Below are positions 17,925 through 26,753 of a stretch of 32,000 bases of DNA, piece by piece. Origin of the DNA: Flexivirga sp. (lineage in GTDB: Bacteria > Actinomycetota > Actinomycetes > Actinomycetales > Dermatophilaceae); the NCBI RefSeq assembly GCF_035551235.1, contig NZ_DASZNO010000030.1, positions 24,703-56,702 of the forward strand, given 5' to 3'. The position numbers were made by a program, and so were the translations under genes. Under the pieces are notes generated by a model, which had not been told where the DNA came from, ran no database searches, and worked only from the letters and a program-made list of their open reading frames with translations. Position 1 is the stretch's first letter, and every line of letters starts with the position of its first letter.

Positions 17925-18024
17925 ATTGCCGAGAGGACACCCGTTGACCGAGGGGACACCCGTTTCGGCCCATTTTCGGGGTGAATCGCGTGTCCTCTGG
18001 GTATTCGGGTGTCCTCTCGGCAAT
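17925..18024. repeat. 100-nt symmetric element: 19-bp perfect inverted repeat enclosing a second imperfect pair
   Basis: attgccgagaggacacccg (17925-43) pairs with cgggtgtcctctcggcaat (18006-24). Four 13-nt GAG(A/G)GGACAC(C/G)CG units lie at 17931, 17950, 17987 (inverted) and 18006 (inverted), with 19-nt spacing in each half. The right arm ends at the first base of the dxs stop codon. Confidence 0.9.
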
Positions 18025-19844
18025 CAGGTGGCGACCAGGGTCGAGGTGGACTGTGTGGGCTGTTTCGTGCCGCGGCGCCAGCGGGCGGCGAGCACCTCGT
18101 CCACCACGTGGTCGGCGTCCAGGCCGTAGTCGGCAAGCAGCGTTGCGCGATCACCGACCGGGACGAACTCCACCGGCAACCCCAGCGGTATGACGCGTGT
18201 CGCCAGCCCCGCACGGTGCACCGCCATCGACAGCCCTGCTCCGAGTCCGCCGCCGATCGCGTTGTCCTCCAACGTGATCACGACGCGGTGCTCGGCGACC
18301 AGGGTCATCAGTTCCGGCGCGATGGGGTGGATCCAGCGCGGGTCGGCGACGGTCGTCGACACCCCGATCTCGGCCAGCCGGCGGGCGGCCTCGACGGCCA
18401 CGGATGCCAGCGCACCGCTCGGGATCAGCAGCACCTGGGAGTCGGCACGGTGCGGCGTGAGCAGGTCGACCGGCCCGATCCGGGTGTGCACACTCACCGG
18501 TCGGGGAGCGCTGCCCTTGGGATAGCGCACCACGGTGGGACCGTCCTCGTGTGCCAGCGCCTCGCGCAGCAGCTCCCGCAGACGTATGGCGTCACGCGGT
18601 GCCGCGATCCGGATCCCCGGCACACCGCGCAGCATCGACACGTCCCAGATGCCGTGGTGGGACGGGCCGTCCGGTCCGGTGATGCCCGACCGGTCGAGCA
18701 CGAAAGTGACTGGTAGATGGTGTAATCCGACATCCATCAGCACCTGGTCGAAGGCGCGACCGAGGAACGTCGAATAGATCGCGACCACCGGGTGCAGACC
18801 CGAGGTCGCCAGCCCGGCCGCGCAGGTGACCGCGTGCTGCTCCGCGATGCCGACATCGACGATCCGGTGCGGGAAGCGCTCGCCGAAGGGACCGAGCCCG
18901 GTCGGCAGGCGCATGGCCGCGGTGAGTGCGACGACGTCCGATCGCTCCTCGCCGATGGCGACCAGCTCCCGGCCGAAAACGGTTGTCCAGGCTTCGGTTC
19001 GGTCCTGCCGGCGCGTCCGTGCGGTGACCGGGGCCGGCGGCGTGGAAGGGCTGACGCTGTGCATCCGGTCGGCCTCGTCCTGCTCGGCCGGCGGGTAGCC
19101 GTTGCCCTTGCGGGTGACGACGTGCACCACGACCGGACCGGTGTGTTCCCGAGCGGCCCGGAACGCCCGGTGCAGTGTCTTCAGGTCGTGTCCGTCGACC
19201 GGCCCGAGGTAGCCGAAACCCAACATTTCCAACAGGTTCGACGTTGCCGTGCCGTCGCGCAACTCGCTCAGGTGCCTGCGGAGTGCACCGACGGTCGGGT
19301 CGTAGGACCGGCCGTTGTCGTTGATCACGATCACCACCGACCGGTTGCTGGCGCCGAGGTTGTTCAGCGCCTCCCACGCCATACCTCCGGTGAGTGCGCC
19401 GTCGCCGACGACGGCGACCACCCGCCGCCCGCGGCCGGTCAGCTCGAAGCCGCGGGACAACCCGTCGGCATACGACAGGGCGGTGGACGCGTGCGAGTTC
19501 TCGACGATGTCGCAGTCGCTCTCGTGGCGGGATGGGTAGCCGGAAAGGCCTCCGGCAGAACGCAATTGATCGAGTCGATCGTCGCGTCCGGTGAGCATCT
19601 TGTGCACATAGCTCTGGTGCCCGGTGTCCCAGATGATCGCGTCGTGCGGCGCATCGAAGGTGCGATGCAGTGCGATGGTCAGCTCGACGACACCGAGGTT
19701 GGGCCCGAGGTGTCCGCCGGTGCGCGTCACGACCTCGACCAGTCGCCGCCGGATCTGTGCGGCCAGCTCGGGGAGTGCCGAGTCCGGCAGCACCTTGAGG
19801 TCACCGGGGGAGGTGACGTGCCGTAGCAGCTCCGGCGCGGTCAT
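18024..19844 (-). CDS. dxs: 1-deoxy-D-xylulose-5-phosphate synthase
   Basis: GHLGPNLGVVELTIALH, IWDTGHQSYVHKMLTGR and TPP motif VVGDGALTGGMAWEALNN. ATG 19844 shares one base with the hpnH TGA. The ORF extension to 20144 overlaps hpnH. Confidence 0.9.
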   Translation of the reverse strand: MTAPELLRHVTSPGDLKVLPDSALPELAAQIRRRLVEVVTRTGGHLGPNLGVVELTIALHRTFDAPHDAIIWDTGHQSYVHKMLTGRDDRLDQLRSAGGLSGYPSRHESDCDIVENSHASTALSYADGLSRGFELTGRGRRVVAVVGDGALTGGMAWEALNNLGASNRSVVIVINDNGRSYDPTVGALRRHLSELRDGTATSNLLEMLGFGYLGPVDGHDLKTLHRAFRAAREHTGPVVVHVVTRKGNGYPPAEQDEADRMHSVSPSTPPAPVTARTRRQDRTEAWTTVFGRELVAIGEERSDVVALTAAMRLPTGLGPFGERFPHRIVDVGIAEQHAVTCAAGLATSGLHPVVAIYSTFLGRAFDQVLMDVGLHHLPVTFVLDRSGITGPDGPSHHGIWDVSMLRGVPGIRIAAPRDAIRLRELLREALAHEDGPTVVRYPKGSAPRPVSVHTRIGPVDLLTPHRADSQVLLIPSGALASVAVEAARRLAEIGVSTTVADPRWIHPIAPELMTLVAEHRVVITLEDNAIGGGLGAGLSMAVHRAGLATRVIPLGLPVEFVPVGDRATLLADYGLDADHVVDEVLAARWRRGTKQPTQSTSTLVAT

Positions 19845-20848
19845 CACGCCACCGCCGCCCGGATCGTCTCCCGCAGCGAGTTGGTCGTGGCGATCACCGC
19901 GGTGGGTTCGTAGCCGCAGTGCGCCATACAGTTCGCGCAGCGTTCGTCCTTGCCGCGGCCGAACGCCTCCCAGTCGGTGTCCTCGATCAGCTCCTGGTAG
20001 GTCGAGACGTAGCCGTCGTCGAGCAGGTAGCACGGCCGCTGCCAACCCTTGAGGCTGTATGACGGGATCGCCCACGGCGTGCACTCGTAGTCGACCCTGC
20101 CCTCGAGGAAGTCGAGGAACAGCGGGGAGTGATTGAGTCGCCATTTCTTGCGGCGGCCCTCCCCGAAGGCCTTCGCGAAGAGCTCGCGGGTCTCCTCGAC
20201 GCCGAGGAAGCCCTCCTGATCGGGCGCCTTCCAGTAGGCATAACCCGGCGCGATCTGCATGTTGTCGACCTTGATCTCATCGTTGAGGTAGTCGAGCACG
20301 TCGATGACATCTTGTGGCGAATCACTATTGAACACAGTGGTGTTCGTCATCACCCGGAAGCCGCGCGACTGGGCCAGCTTGATCGCCTCGATCGCCTTCT
20401 CGAAGCCGCCCTCGTGGCTGACCGAGGCGTCGTGGCGTTCCTTCATCCCGTCGACGTGGACCATCCAGGCGAAGTCGCGGTGCGGGGTGAACTTGTCGAT
20501 GTGCTTGGCCATCAGCAGTGCGTTGGTGCACAGGAACACGATCTTCTTGCGGTCCAGGAGTTCCTGGACGATCTCGTGCACCTGTGGGTGCATGAGCGGT
20601 TCGCCGCCGGCGATGGAGACCATCGGCGCACCGCATTCCTCGATGGCGGCGACGGCCTGTTCGACCGGCATACGCTGCTTGAGCATCGCCGCGGGCTCCT
20701 GGATCTTGCCGCAGCCGACGCACTTGAGGTTGCAGGCGAAGAGGGGCTCGAGTTCGACCAGCAGCGGGTACTTCTCGCGGTGCGCGAGCTTCTGCTTCAG
20801 GAGGTACTGCCCGAGGCGGACGGATTGACGAAAAGGCATGTGCGGCAT
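19844..20848 (-). CDS. hpnH: Radical SAM adenosyl-hopene transferase HpnH
   Basis: CNLKCVGC radical-SAM cluster motif. C-terminal RCANCMAHCGYEPTAV is typical of HpnH. ATG 20848 lies 2 nt after the upstream stop. Confidence 0.85.
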   Translation of the reverse strand: MPHMPFRQSVRLGQYLLKQKLAHREKYPLLVELEPLFACNLKCVGCGKIQEPAAMLKQRMPVEQAVAAIEECGAPMVSIAGGEPLMHPQVHEIVQELLDRKKIVFLCTNALLMAKHIDKFTPHRDFAWMVHVDGMKERHDASVSHEGGFEKAIEAIKLAQSRGFRVMTNTTVFNSDSPQDVIDVLDYLNDEIKVDNMQIAPGYAYWKAPDQEGFLGVEETRELFAKAFGEGRRKKWRLNHSPLFLDFLEGRVDYECTPWAIPSYSLKGWQRPCYLLDDGYVSTYQELIEDTDWEAFGRGKDERCANCMAHCGYEPTAVIATTNSLRETIRAAVA

Positions 20849-20850
20849 GG

Positions 20851-22317
20851 TCAGACGACCTCTCGGGGAAGGGTGAAATGGACGTTCTCGGTGACGCCCC
20901 CGCGGCGGGTGACCTCCAGGTCCCCGAGCGCCGTGAGCGCTGCGATCAGTTGGTCGACGAGGGCAGCGGGTGCGGACGCCCCGGCGCTGACGCCGATGGT
21001 GCGCACTCCACGCAGCCATTCCAGGCGTATGTCGGAGGCGTCCTCCACCAGGTGGGCGACGGCGCCCGCGGCTCTGGAGACCTCGACGAGACGCACGGAG
21101 TTGGAGGAGTTCGCCGACCCGACGACCAGCACCAGATCGCTGTCGGCGGCCACGTCCCGCAGGGCGTGCTGCCGGTTGCTCGTGGCGTAGCAGATGTCGT
21201 CACGGCGTGGTGCCTGCAACGCGGGGAAGCGGGTGCGTAGCTCGCCGGCGATGACGTCGGCCTCCTCCACCGAGAGGGTGGTTTGCATGACATACGAGAC
21301 CTGCGTGGGGTCAGGCACTTTCACGGTGCGGGCGTCCTCGACGGTTTCGACGACGACGACCTCGTCCGGGGCCTCTCCGCGGGTGCCGACCACCTCCTCG
21401 TGGGCGGCGTGGCCGATGAGGAAGACGGTGCGCCCGGCAGTGGTGAAGCGCCGGACCTCCTGGTGGACCTTGGCGACCAGCGGGCAGGTCGCGTCGATGA
21501 CGTGCAGCCGGCGTTCGTCCGCCTGCACGCGCACCGACGGTGCGACACCGTGAGCCGCCAGGACGGCGGTGGCACCCTCGGGCACCTCGTCCAACTCCTG
21601 CACGAATACCGCTCCGCGCTGCTCGAGTTCGGCGACGACGTGCGTGTTGTGCACGATCTGCCGCCGCACGTAGACGGGCGGGCCGTGTTGTTCGAGGGCA
21701 CGTTCGACGATTTCGATCGCGCGCTCGACGCCCGCGCAGAAGGACTGCGGCTCGGCGCGCAGGATGGTGCGCGGCGCGCACGCATCGAGCCATTCCTGCA
21801 ATACCGGGGCCGCGCGACGCAGTGTCCGCAGCGCGGTGATGCCGCGTCGGAGGGTGCCGGGATGGAGAAGCGGGTCATCGGCCGTGTCGACGATCGAGCG
21901 CACGACGGCCAACTGTCGAGGGTCGAGATACCGTGCCAGATAAGCGGATTCGGTGTCCACCGCTGTCGAACCGTGTGCGGCGAGTGACTGCCTCTCCTCA
22001 CCGGTGACCACATGGTCGGTGCTCTCGATGGTGCCGACGTGCACGGTCAGCCCGGCGCGGCGGAGCTCGCCCGCGAGCAGTGGTGCCGAAGGCAAGGCGA
22101 CTTCGACCGAGCCGGTGCGCAGCCGGTCGGCCACCACCAGCTCGCCCGGCCGGACGTCCGGGTCGAGCGCGCCGGCGACCCCGGCGATGACCGTGGGCAC
22201 GTCGGTGCGGCGCGGGTGGCCCTCCGGGCCGCGGCCGGAAACGTATGGCGTGTCGCGCATTCCGTGCTCGAGGGCGAGCCGTTCGATGCGCAGCGGGGTC
22301 AGCAGTTGGGCGCTCAT
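20851..22317 (-). CDS. ispH: Fusion: nucleoside phosphorylase-family (HpnG-like) N-domain + 4-hydroxy-3-methylbut-2-enyl diphosphate reductase IspH
   Basis: Residues about 1-182 form a PNP/UDP-type fold (VIAGVAGALDPDVRPGELVVADRL...VDTESAYLA). From about residue 183 there is a full IspH with its three cluster cysteines (SFCAGVERAI, DATCPLV, ICYATSNRQ). There is no stop or linker between the two parts. The ATG overlaps the shc TGA (ATGA, 22314-22317). Confidence 0.85.
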   Translation of the reverse strand: MSAQLLTPLRIERLALEHGMRDTPYVSGRGPEGHPRRTDVPTVIAGVAGALDPDVRPGELVVADRLRTGSVEVALPSAPLLAGELRRAGLTVHVGTIESTDHVVTGEERQSLAAHGSTAVDTESAYLARYLDPRQLAVVRSIVDTADDPLLHPGTLRRGITALRTLRRAAPVLQEWLDACAPRTILRAEPQSFCAGVERAIEIVERALEQHGPPVYVRRQIVHNTHVVAELEQRGAVFVQELDEVPEGATAVLAAHGVAPSVRVQADERRLHVIDATCPLVAKVHQEVRRFTTAGRTVFLIGHAAHEEVVGTRGEAPDEVVVVETVEDARTVKVPDPTQVSYVMQTTLSVEEADVIAGELRTRFPALQAPRRDDICYATSNRQHALRDVAADSDLVLVVGSANSSNSVRLVEVSRAAGAVAHLVEDASDIRLEWLRGVRTIGVSAGASAPAALVDQLIAALTALGDLEVTRRGGVTENVHFTLPREVV

Positions 22318-24287
22318 GACGTCGCCTTGCGCGGGACAGAACCTCGTGGGGCGAGCAGGCTCGGACGACTGCCCTGCTCCGCCTTGCTGAGTGCTTGCAC
22401 GGCACGGCCGAGCGCCCAGACCGGGAAGATCAGCCGGTAGAGGTGATAGGCGATGTAGAAGTCGCCGGGGAAGCCGGTTCCGGTGAACCGGTCCTCGGCC
22501 CAATCACCCTCCGGGCGTTGGGTTTCGGCGAGGTAGTCGACTCCGCGGGCCAGCGTCGCTCCGAATTCGCCCGCGGCGACGAGCGCCATCAGGGCCCAGG
22601 CGGTCTGGGACGGTGTCGAGTCACCTCGGCCGACCCACGCCGGGTCGTCATACGAGCGCAGGTCCTCGCCCCAGCCACCGTCGGCGTTCTGGTGGTCCTC
22701 GAGCCAGTGGACCGCCGCGCGGATCGGGCCGGCACCCGGGTCGATGCCCGCGGCGACGAGTGCGGGCACGACGGCACCGGTGCCGTAGACGTGGTTGGCG
22801 CCCCAACGGCCGAACCATGAGCCGTCCGGCTCCTGGTGATCCAGCAGCCACTGCACCCCGCGCTGACAGCGTGCACCACGCGAACGTCCCACGGCGGCAA
22901 GCATTTCCACGACATGTGCCGTGACGTCGGCGGATGGCGGATCGGTGACCGCGCCGAAGTCGCAGAACGGAAGTTTTGCCGGCCAGCCGCTGGTGTTGTC
23001 CGCGTCGAACGCGCCCCAGCCCCCATCGGAGGACTGCATGCCGGCGGTCCACGCTGTTCCACGGGAAACGGCCTGTTCCTGGACAGGGCCGCGCGTGGTG
23101 ATCACCCGGTTCAAACCCATCACGATGATGGCGCTGTCGTCGGTGTCGGGGTAGTTGTCGTTGGCATATTCGAAGGCCCACCCGCCGGGCGGGAGCTTCG
23201 GGCGCTGCTCGACCCAGTCGCCGGGTGCGGTGATCTGCTCGTCGATCAGCCAGTCGGCGGCGCGGCGGAGTGCCGGATCGCGAGGATCCACACCGGCATC
23301 CAGCAGTGCGTTGAGTGCCAGCCCGGTGTCCCAGACCGGCGATTGGCAGGCTTCGAGCCGGCGTACCGGACCGTCGCTCGTGTCCTCATGGATGACGAAG
23401 CCCTCGAGGCCGTCGATCGCGGACTTGAGCACCGGGTGGTCCAGCGGGTAGCCGAGCGTGTGCAGCGCGAGAATCGAATAGACCCAGGGCGGTTGGATGC
23501 CGCCCCATCCGCCGTCGGCCTCCTGGCGGGCGATGATCCACTCGGCCGCCCGGCGCAGCGCGTTCCGGCGTACCGGGCCGATCGCGTGACGGTGATAGAC
23601 GTGCAGACCCGAGTCGAGCCGGTTGAAGAACGTCTTGCCCTCCGCAGGCTCCGGCCTACTCAGGGCGGCGCTCGACCCGCTTATCTCCGAGAGGTCCCAC
23701 TTCATCCGGCGCTTGGGCCGCAACGTGCAGACGACGGTGAGCGGGACGATCGTCTGCCGGGCCCAGCAGCCCCAGGAGTAGACGTTCAGTGGCAGCTTCT
23801 TCCCCAGATACATCAGCTCCGGCGGCATGGCGGGCAGGTCGGTCCACTCCCACCAGCCGAAGAGCGCACACCAGATCCTCGTGAAGACACGCGTCTGCTC
23901 CAAACCGCCTGCGGACACGATGAATTCGCGTGCAGCGGCCATGTGCTCGGCACTGGGCTTGTCGCCCGCCATACGCAGGGCGATCCAGGCCTCGACGGTC
24001 GTCGACAGGTCCCCGGGGCCGCCGGCGAAGGTCGCCCAGGTGCCGTCCGCGCGCTGCTGGCTGCGGATCCAGCGGGCGGTCTGCTCACGCGTCTCCGCAG
24101 TGTCGATGCCGAGGAAGACGCGCAGCATCATGTCCTCGGCGTCCATCGTGACGTTCGTTTCGAGCTCCCCCTTCCACGCACCGGTGGGCAACTGCAGGTC
24201 GAGCAGTCGGCCGACGGCGCGGTCGAGCGTCTCGCGGGCGCGGCTCGCCGTGCCGTCCGTCGATGGGGGTGTCGCAACGTGCGTCAT
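22314..24287 (-). CDS. shc: Squalene-hopene cyclase
   Basis: 657 aa. DxDD motif (NYPDTDDSAIIV) and multiple QW repeats (e.g. RSQQRADGTW, QSSDGGWGAF, HQEPDGSWFGRWG, HQNADGGWGE, TQRPEGDW). Confidence 0.95.
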   Translation of the reverse strand: MTHVATPPSTDGTASRARETLDRAVGRLLDLQLPTGAWKGELETNVTMDAEDMMLRVFLGIDTAETREQTARWIRSQQRADGTWATFAGGPGDLSTTVEAWIALRMAGDKPSAEHMAAAREFIVSAGGLEQTRVFTRIWCALFGWWEWTDLPAMPPELMYLGKKLPLNVYSWGCWARQTIVPLTVVCTLRPKRRMKWDLSEISGSSAALSRPEPAEGKTFFNRLDSGLHVYHRHAIGPVRRNALRRAAEWIIARQEADGGWGGIQPPWVYSILALHTLGYPLDHPVLKSAIDGLEGFVIHEDTSDGPVRRLEACQSPVWDTGLALNALLDAGVDPRDPALRRAADWLIDEQITAPGDWVEQRPKLPPGGWAFEYANDNYPDTDDSAIIVMGLNRVITTRGPVQEQAVSRGTAWTAGMQSSDGGWGAFDADNTSGWPAKLPFCDFGAVTDPPSADVTAHVVEMLAAVGRSRGARCQRGVQWLLDHQEPDGSWFGRWGANHVYGTGAVVPALVAAGIDPGAGPIRAAVHWLEDHQNADGGWGEDLRSYDDPAWVGRGDSTPSQTAWALMALVAAGEFGATLARGVDYLAETQRPEGDWAEDRFTGTGFPGDFYIAYHLYRLIFPVWALGRAVQALSKAEQGSRPSLLAPRGSVPRKATS

Positions 24288-24290
24288 GTG

Positions 24291-26753
24291 TCACATGTCC
24301 CTTCCGGCGACGTAGTGCGCCACCTCGGTCAGTCCGGTGACGGCCGCCTCGTCGAGGTCGGCCCCGTGCAGTGCTGTGATCGCGCGGGTGATCGCCGAGT
24401 CCGCGCTGGTCCGGCACCAGTCCCTGGCGCCGAGTGCCTCCAATTCGCCTGCGATCCGGGCAAGTTCGTCGTCCGTGGTCGCACCGTCGGCGAACCACTC
24501 GCGCAGCGCGGCACCACCGGGCTGCTCCAGTGCCCAGCAGATCGGCAGCGAATGCTTCTTGGCCCGCAGGTCGGAGTGATTGGACTTGCCGGTGACGTCA
24601 GGGTCGCCCCAGAGACCCAGCAGGTCGTCGACGATCTGGAACGCCAGGCCGACATTTCGCCCGTATGTCGCCAGCGCGCCGCGCTGCTCACGGTCGGCAC
24701 CGGTGAGCACTGCGGGGAGCTCGGTGCTGCAGACCAGGAGCGCGCCGGTCTTGGCGGCCGCCATCGCGCGGCATTCGGCCAGCGAAACCTGGTCGCGCTG
24801 CTCGAAATCCATGTCCAGCATCTGTCCGCGGATCAACTCACGAACGGTCGCGGCGAGCAGGTGACCTGCTTCGGCAGCATGGTGGCCGGTCTCGGCCAGC
24901 ACGGTCTCGAAGGCGAGTGCCTGCATGGCGTCTCCGGCGAGGATCGCCGTCGCGTCGTCCCACACCGACCAGACGGTCTCACGGTGCCGACGGGTGCGAT
25001 CGCGGTCCATGATGTCGTCGTGCACCAGCGAGAAGTTGTGCACCAGCTCGACCGCCGCGGCGCCACCGACGGCCTGGGCGGGATCCGCGCCGATGGCTTG
25101 GGCACTGAGCAGCGCGAGCATCGGTCGCAGCTTCTTGCCGCCGTCCTCGTGGACCGGATTACCTTGCGCGTCAACGAAACCGAGGTGGTACGCAACGACC
25201 AGGCGCTCCAGCCCGGCAAGCGTGTCGACCGCCTTCCGCAGCGCCGGCGTCACCAGTGCCCGCGTCAGCTCCTGAGCCTTCACGAATTCGTCGGTGGCCC
25301 CTGACGGGTCCGTGCGAGTTCCCTGTGGAGCCCGTGAGCTCGCCCTGAGGAGCCCGTGAGGGACGAGCGGGCGTCTCGAAGGGGAGCGAGCGGGCGTCTC
25401 GACGGGTGCCGGAGTTCGTGGGTGCGCGAGCACCACCTCGGCCGCCGAATGCCCGCTGCGGACAGCGCCTTCCATCGTGGCGGGCCACCCGGTGTCGGTC
25501 CACGCACCCGCAAGGACGATGTTCGGTTGTCTCGTCCGGGCGGGTGCCCGCAACCGTGCGCTACCCGGTGCGGCGCGGAAGGTCGCCTCCGGCTCGCGGG
25601 TGACGAAGAAGTCGAGGATCTCGGCATCCGCCATACGTGGCAACAGCTTTCGCAGGTGCGGCAGTGCCCAGTCGCGCAACTGCGCGTTGGTCCGGCCGAT
25701 CAGCTCATCCGCCGCGGAAATCGAGACAGCTAGATATTGAACCGATGACTCGAGCCCGGCGGACTCGGTGCGGTCGAAGACCCATTGCAGCGGGCTGTCC
25801 ACGGCTGCAACGAATTCGGTGTCCAGCACCGGCCGGTCCACGACGACGTGGAGGTTGATGATGGGGGAGACACCGAGCTGCTCGGCGACATCGGCCGGCA
25901 ACCCCAGCGTCACCGGATCGATGACCCGCGACAGTGCGGCGGGTGGCACCGCGAGAACCGCGGCGTCATAGCGCTGCGTGCCCGCAGCGGTCCGGACATC
26001 GATCCCGTCCTCGGTAGGAACGATCTCGCTGACCTTGGTGCGCAATCGCACAGTGCAGCCGACGTCGGCCAGAGCCCGCTCCGCAGCGTCACCGTGCAAC
26101 TGCTGCAACGGAACCCGCGCCCAACCGAGGTCCGATGCACCCTTGTCGGCGAGCAGCCCGAGCTGGAAGACCGTCGCCGCCAGCGCGAGCGAGCAGTGGT
26201 CCGCGTCGGCGTTCAGCGTCGCCTTGCCGATCAACTCCCACAGCACCTCGATCGACCGGTCGTCGGCACCCTTCGACCGCAGCCAGCCGCCGAACGTCTG
26301 TGCATCGACGGCCGGGTCGGCCGGGTCGACCCGGCCGAGAGCGAGGGCGATCGGTCCGACGAGCAGCCGCTGCCGTAGTGGCATCCAGCTGTGCCGCAAC
26401 AGGGACGCACTGAGGTGCAGGGGTGCGGGTAATTCGTTGCGCCGCAGCCGTGTTCGGCGGTCGGAGGCCTCGCTGGCGATCGGCACCTCGAGCCGGTCCT
26501 GCAGCTGGGTCAGGTGCCGGACGCCGAGCCGGTCGAGCAGTCCGAGGTATGACGTGCAGCATCGCAGGAAGGCGTGCTGTCCGCCGTCCACCCACATCTC
26601 GCCCCTGCGGAAGGAGTGCGTCAGGCCGCCGAGCCGGGCCCGCGCCTCGGTCAGGGTGACCTCGAGTCCCGCGTCGGCCAGCTCCAGCGCAGCCGTGATC
26701 CCGGCGAGGCCGCCACCGACCACGCAGACCGAGGTGCGCGCGCGTTGCGTCAT
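24291..26753 (-). CDS. hpnE: Stop-less fusion: HpnE-like FAD-dependent hydroxysqualene dehydroxylase + polyprenyl diphosphate synthase
   Basis: ATG 26753 overlaps the hpnD TGA (ATGA). The N-terminal part has a dinucleotide-binding motif VCVVGGGLAGITAALELA and ends near TMEGAVRSGHSAAEVVL (about aa 450). A roughly 40-aa linker follows. The last 330 aa carry polyprenyl synthase motifs (LVHDDIMDRD and FQIVDDLLGLWGD). No in-frame stop occurs anywhere in 24294-26753. An internal GTG at 25283 has no obvious SD. Confidence 0.75.
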   Translation of the reverse strand: MTQRARTSVCVVGGGLAGITAALELADAGLEVTLTEARARLGGLTHSFRRGEMWVDGGQHAFLRCCTSYLGLLDRLGVRHLTQLQDRLEVPIASEASDRRTRLRRNELPAPLHLSASLLRHSWMPLRQRLLVGPIALALGRVDPADPAVDAQTFGGWLRSKGADDRSIEVLWELIGKATLNADADHCSLALAATVFQLGLLADKGASDLGWARVPLQQLHGDAAERALADVGCTVRLRTKVSEIVPTEDGIDVRTAAGTQRYDAAVLAVPPAALSRVIDPVTLGLPADVAEQLGVSPIINLHVVVDRPVLDTEFVAAVDSPLQWVFDRTESAGLESSVQYLAVSISAADELIGRTNAQLRDWALPHLRKLLPRMADAEILDFFVTREPEATFRAAPGSARLRAPARTRQPNIVLAGAWTDTGWPATMEGAVRSGHSAAEVVLAHPRTPAPVETPARSPSRRPLVPHGLLRASSRAPQGTRTDPSGATDEFVKAQELTRALVTPALRKAVDTLAGLERLVVAYHLGFVDAQGNPVHEDGGKKLRPMLALLSAQAIGADPAQAVGGAAAVELVHNFSLVHDDIMDRDRTRRHRETVWSVWDDATAILAGDAMQALAFETVLAETGHHAAEAGHLLAATVRELIRGQMLDMDFEQRDQVSLAECRAMAAAKTGALLVCSTELPAVLTGADREQRGALATYGRNVGLAFQIVDDLLGLWGDPDVTGKSNHSDLRAKKHSLPICWALEQPGGAALREWFADGATTDDELARIAGELEALGARDWCRTSADSAITRAITALHGADLDEAAVTGLTEVAHYVAGRDM
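25327..25402. repeat. DNA-level repeats inside the HpnE/polyprenyl-synthase linker
   Basis: ggagcccgtgag occurs at 25327-38 and 25349-60 (22-nt period). gagcgggcgtctcga occurs at 25365-79 and 25388-402 (23-nt period). Neither period is a multiple of 3. The units share a TCGAGAC(G/C)CCGC core with the intergenic repeats at 5706 and 31912. Confidence 0.85.

Noticed and set aside
16236-18023. 595-aa minus-strand ORF antisense to cca
   Set aside because: Arg/Gly/Gln/Val-rich mirror frame of a well-supported gene, with no motifs. The same reasoning applies to the other long antisense ORFs: 22836-25304, 12113-13504, 20129-21190, 7149-7922, 7843-8988, 10181-11340, 13632-15366 and 30343-31863.
17855-18025. 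Possibility that the regularly spaced repeats are a CRISPR array
   Set aside because: The units are only 13-19 nt, arranged as inverted as well as direct copies. There are only four of them, with no spacer-like unique segments of uniform length and no cas genes.
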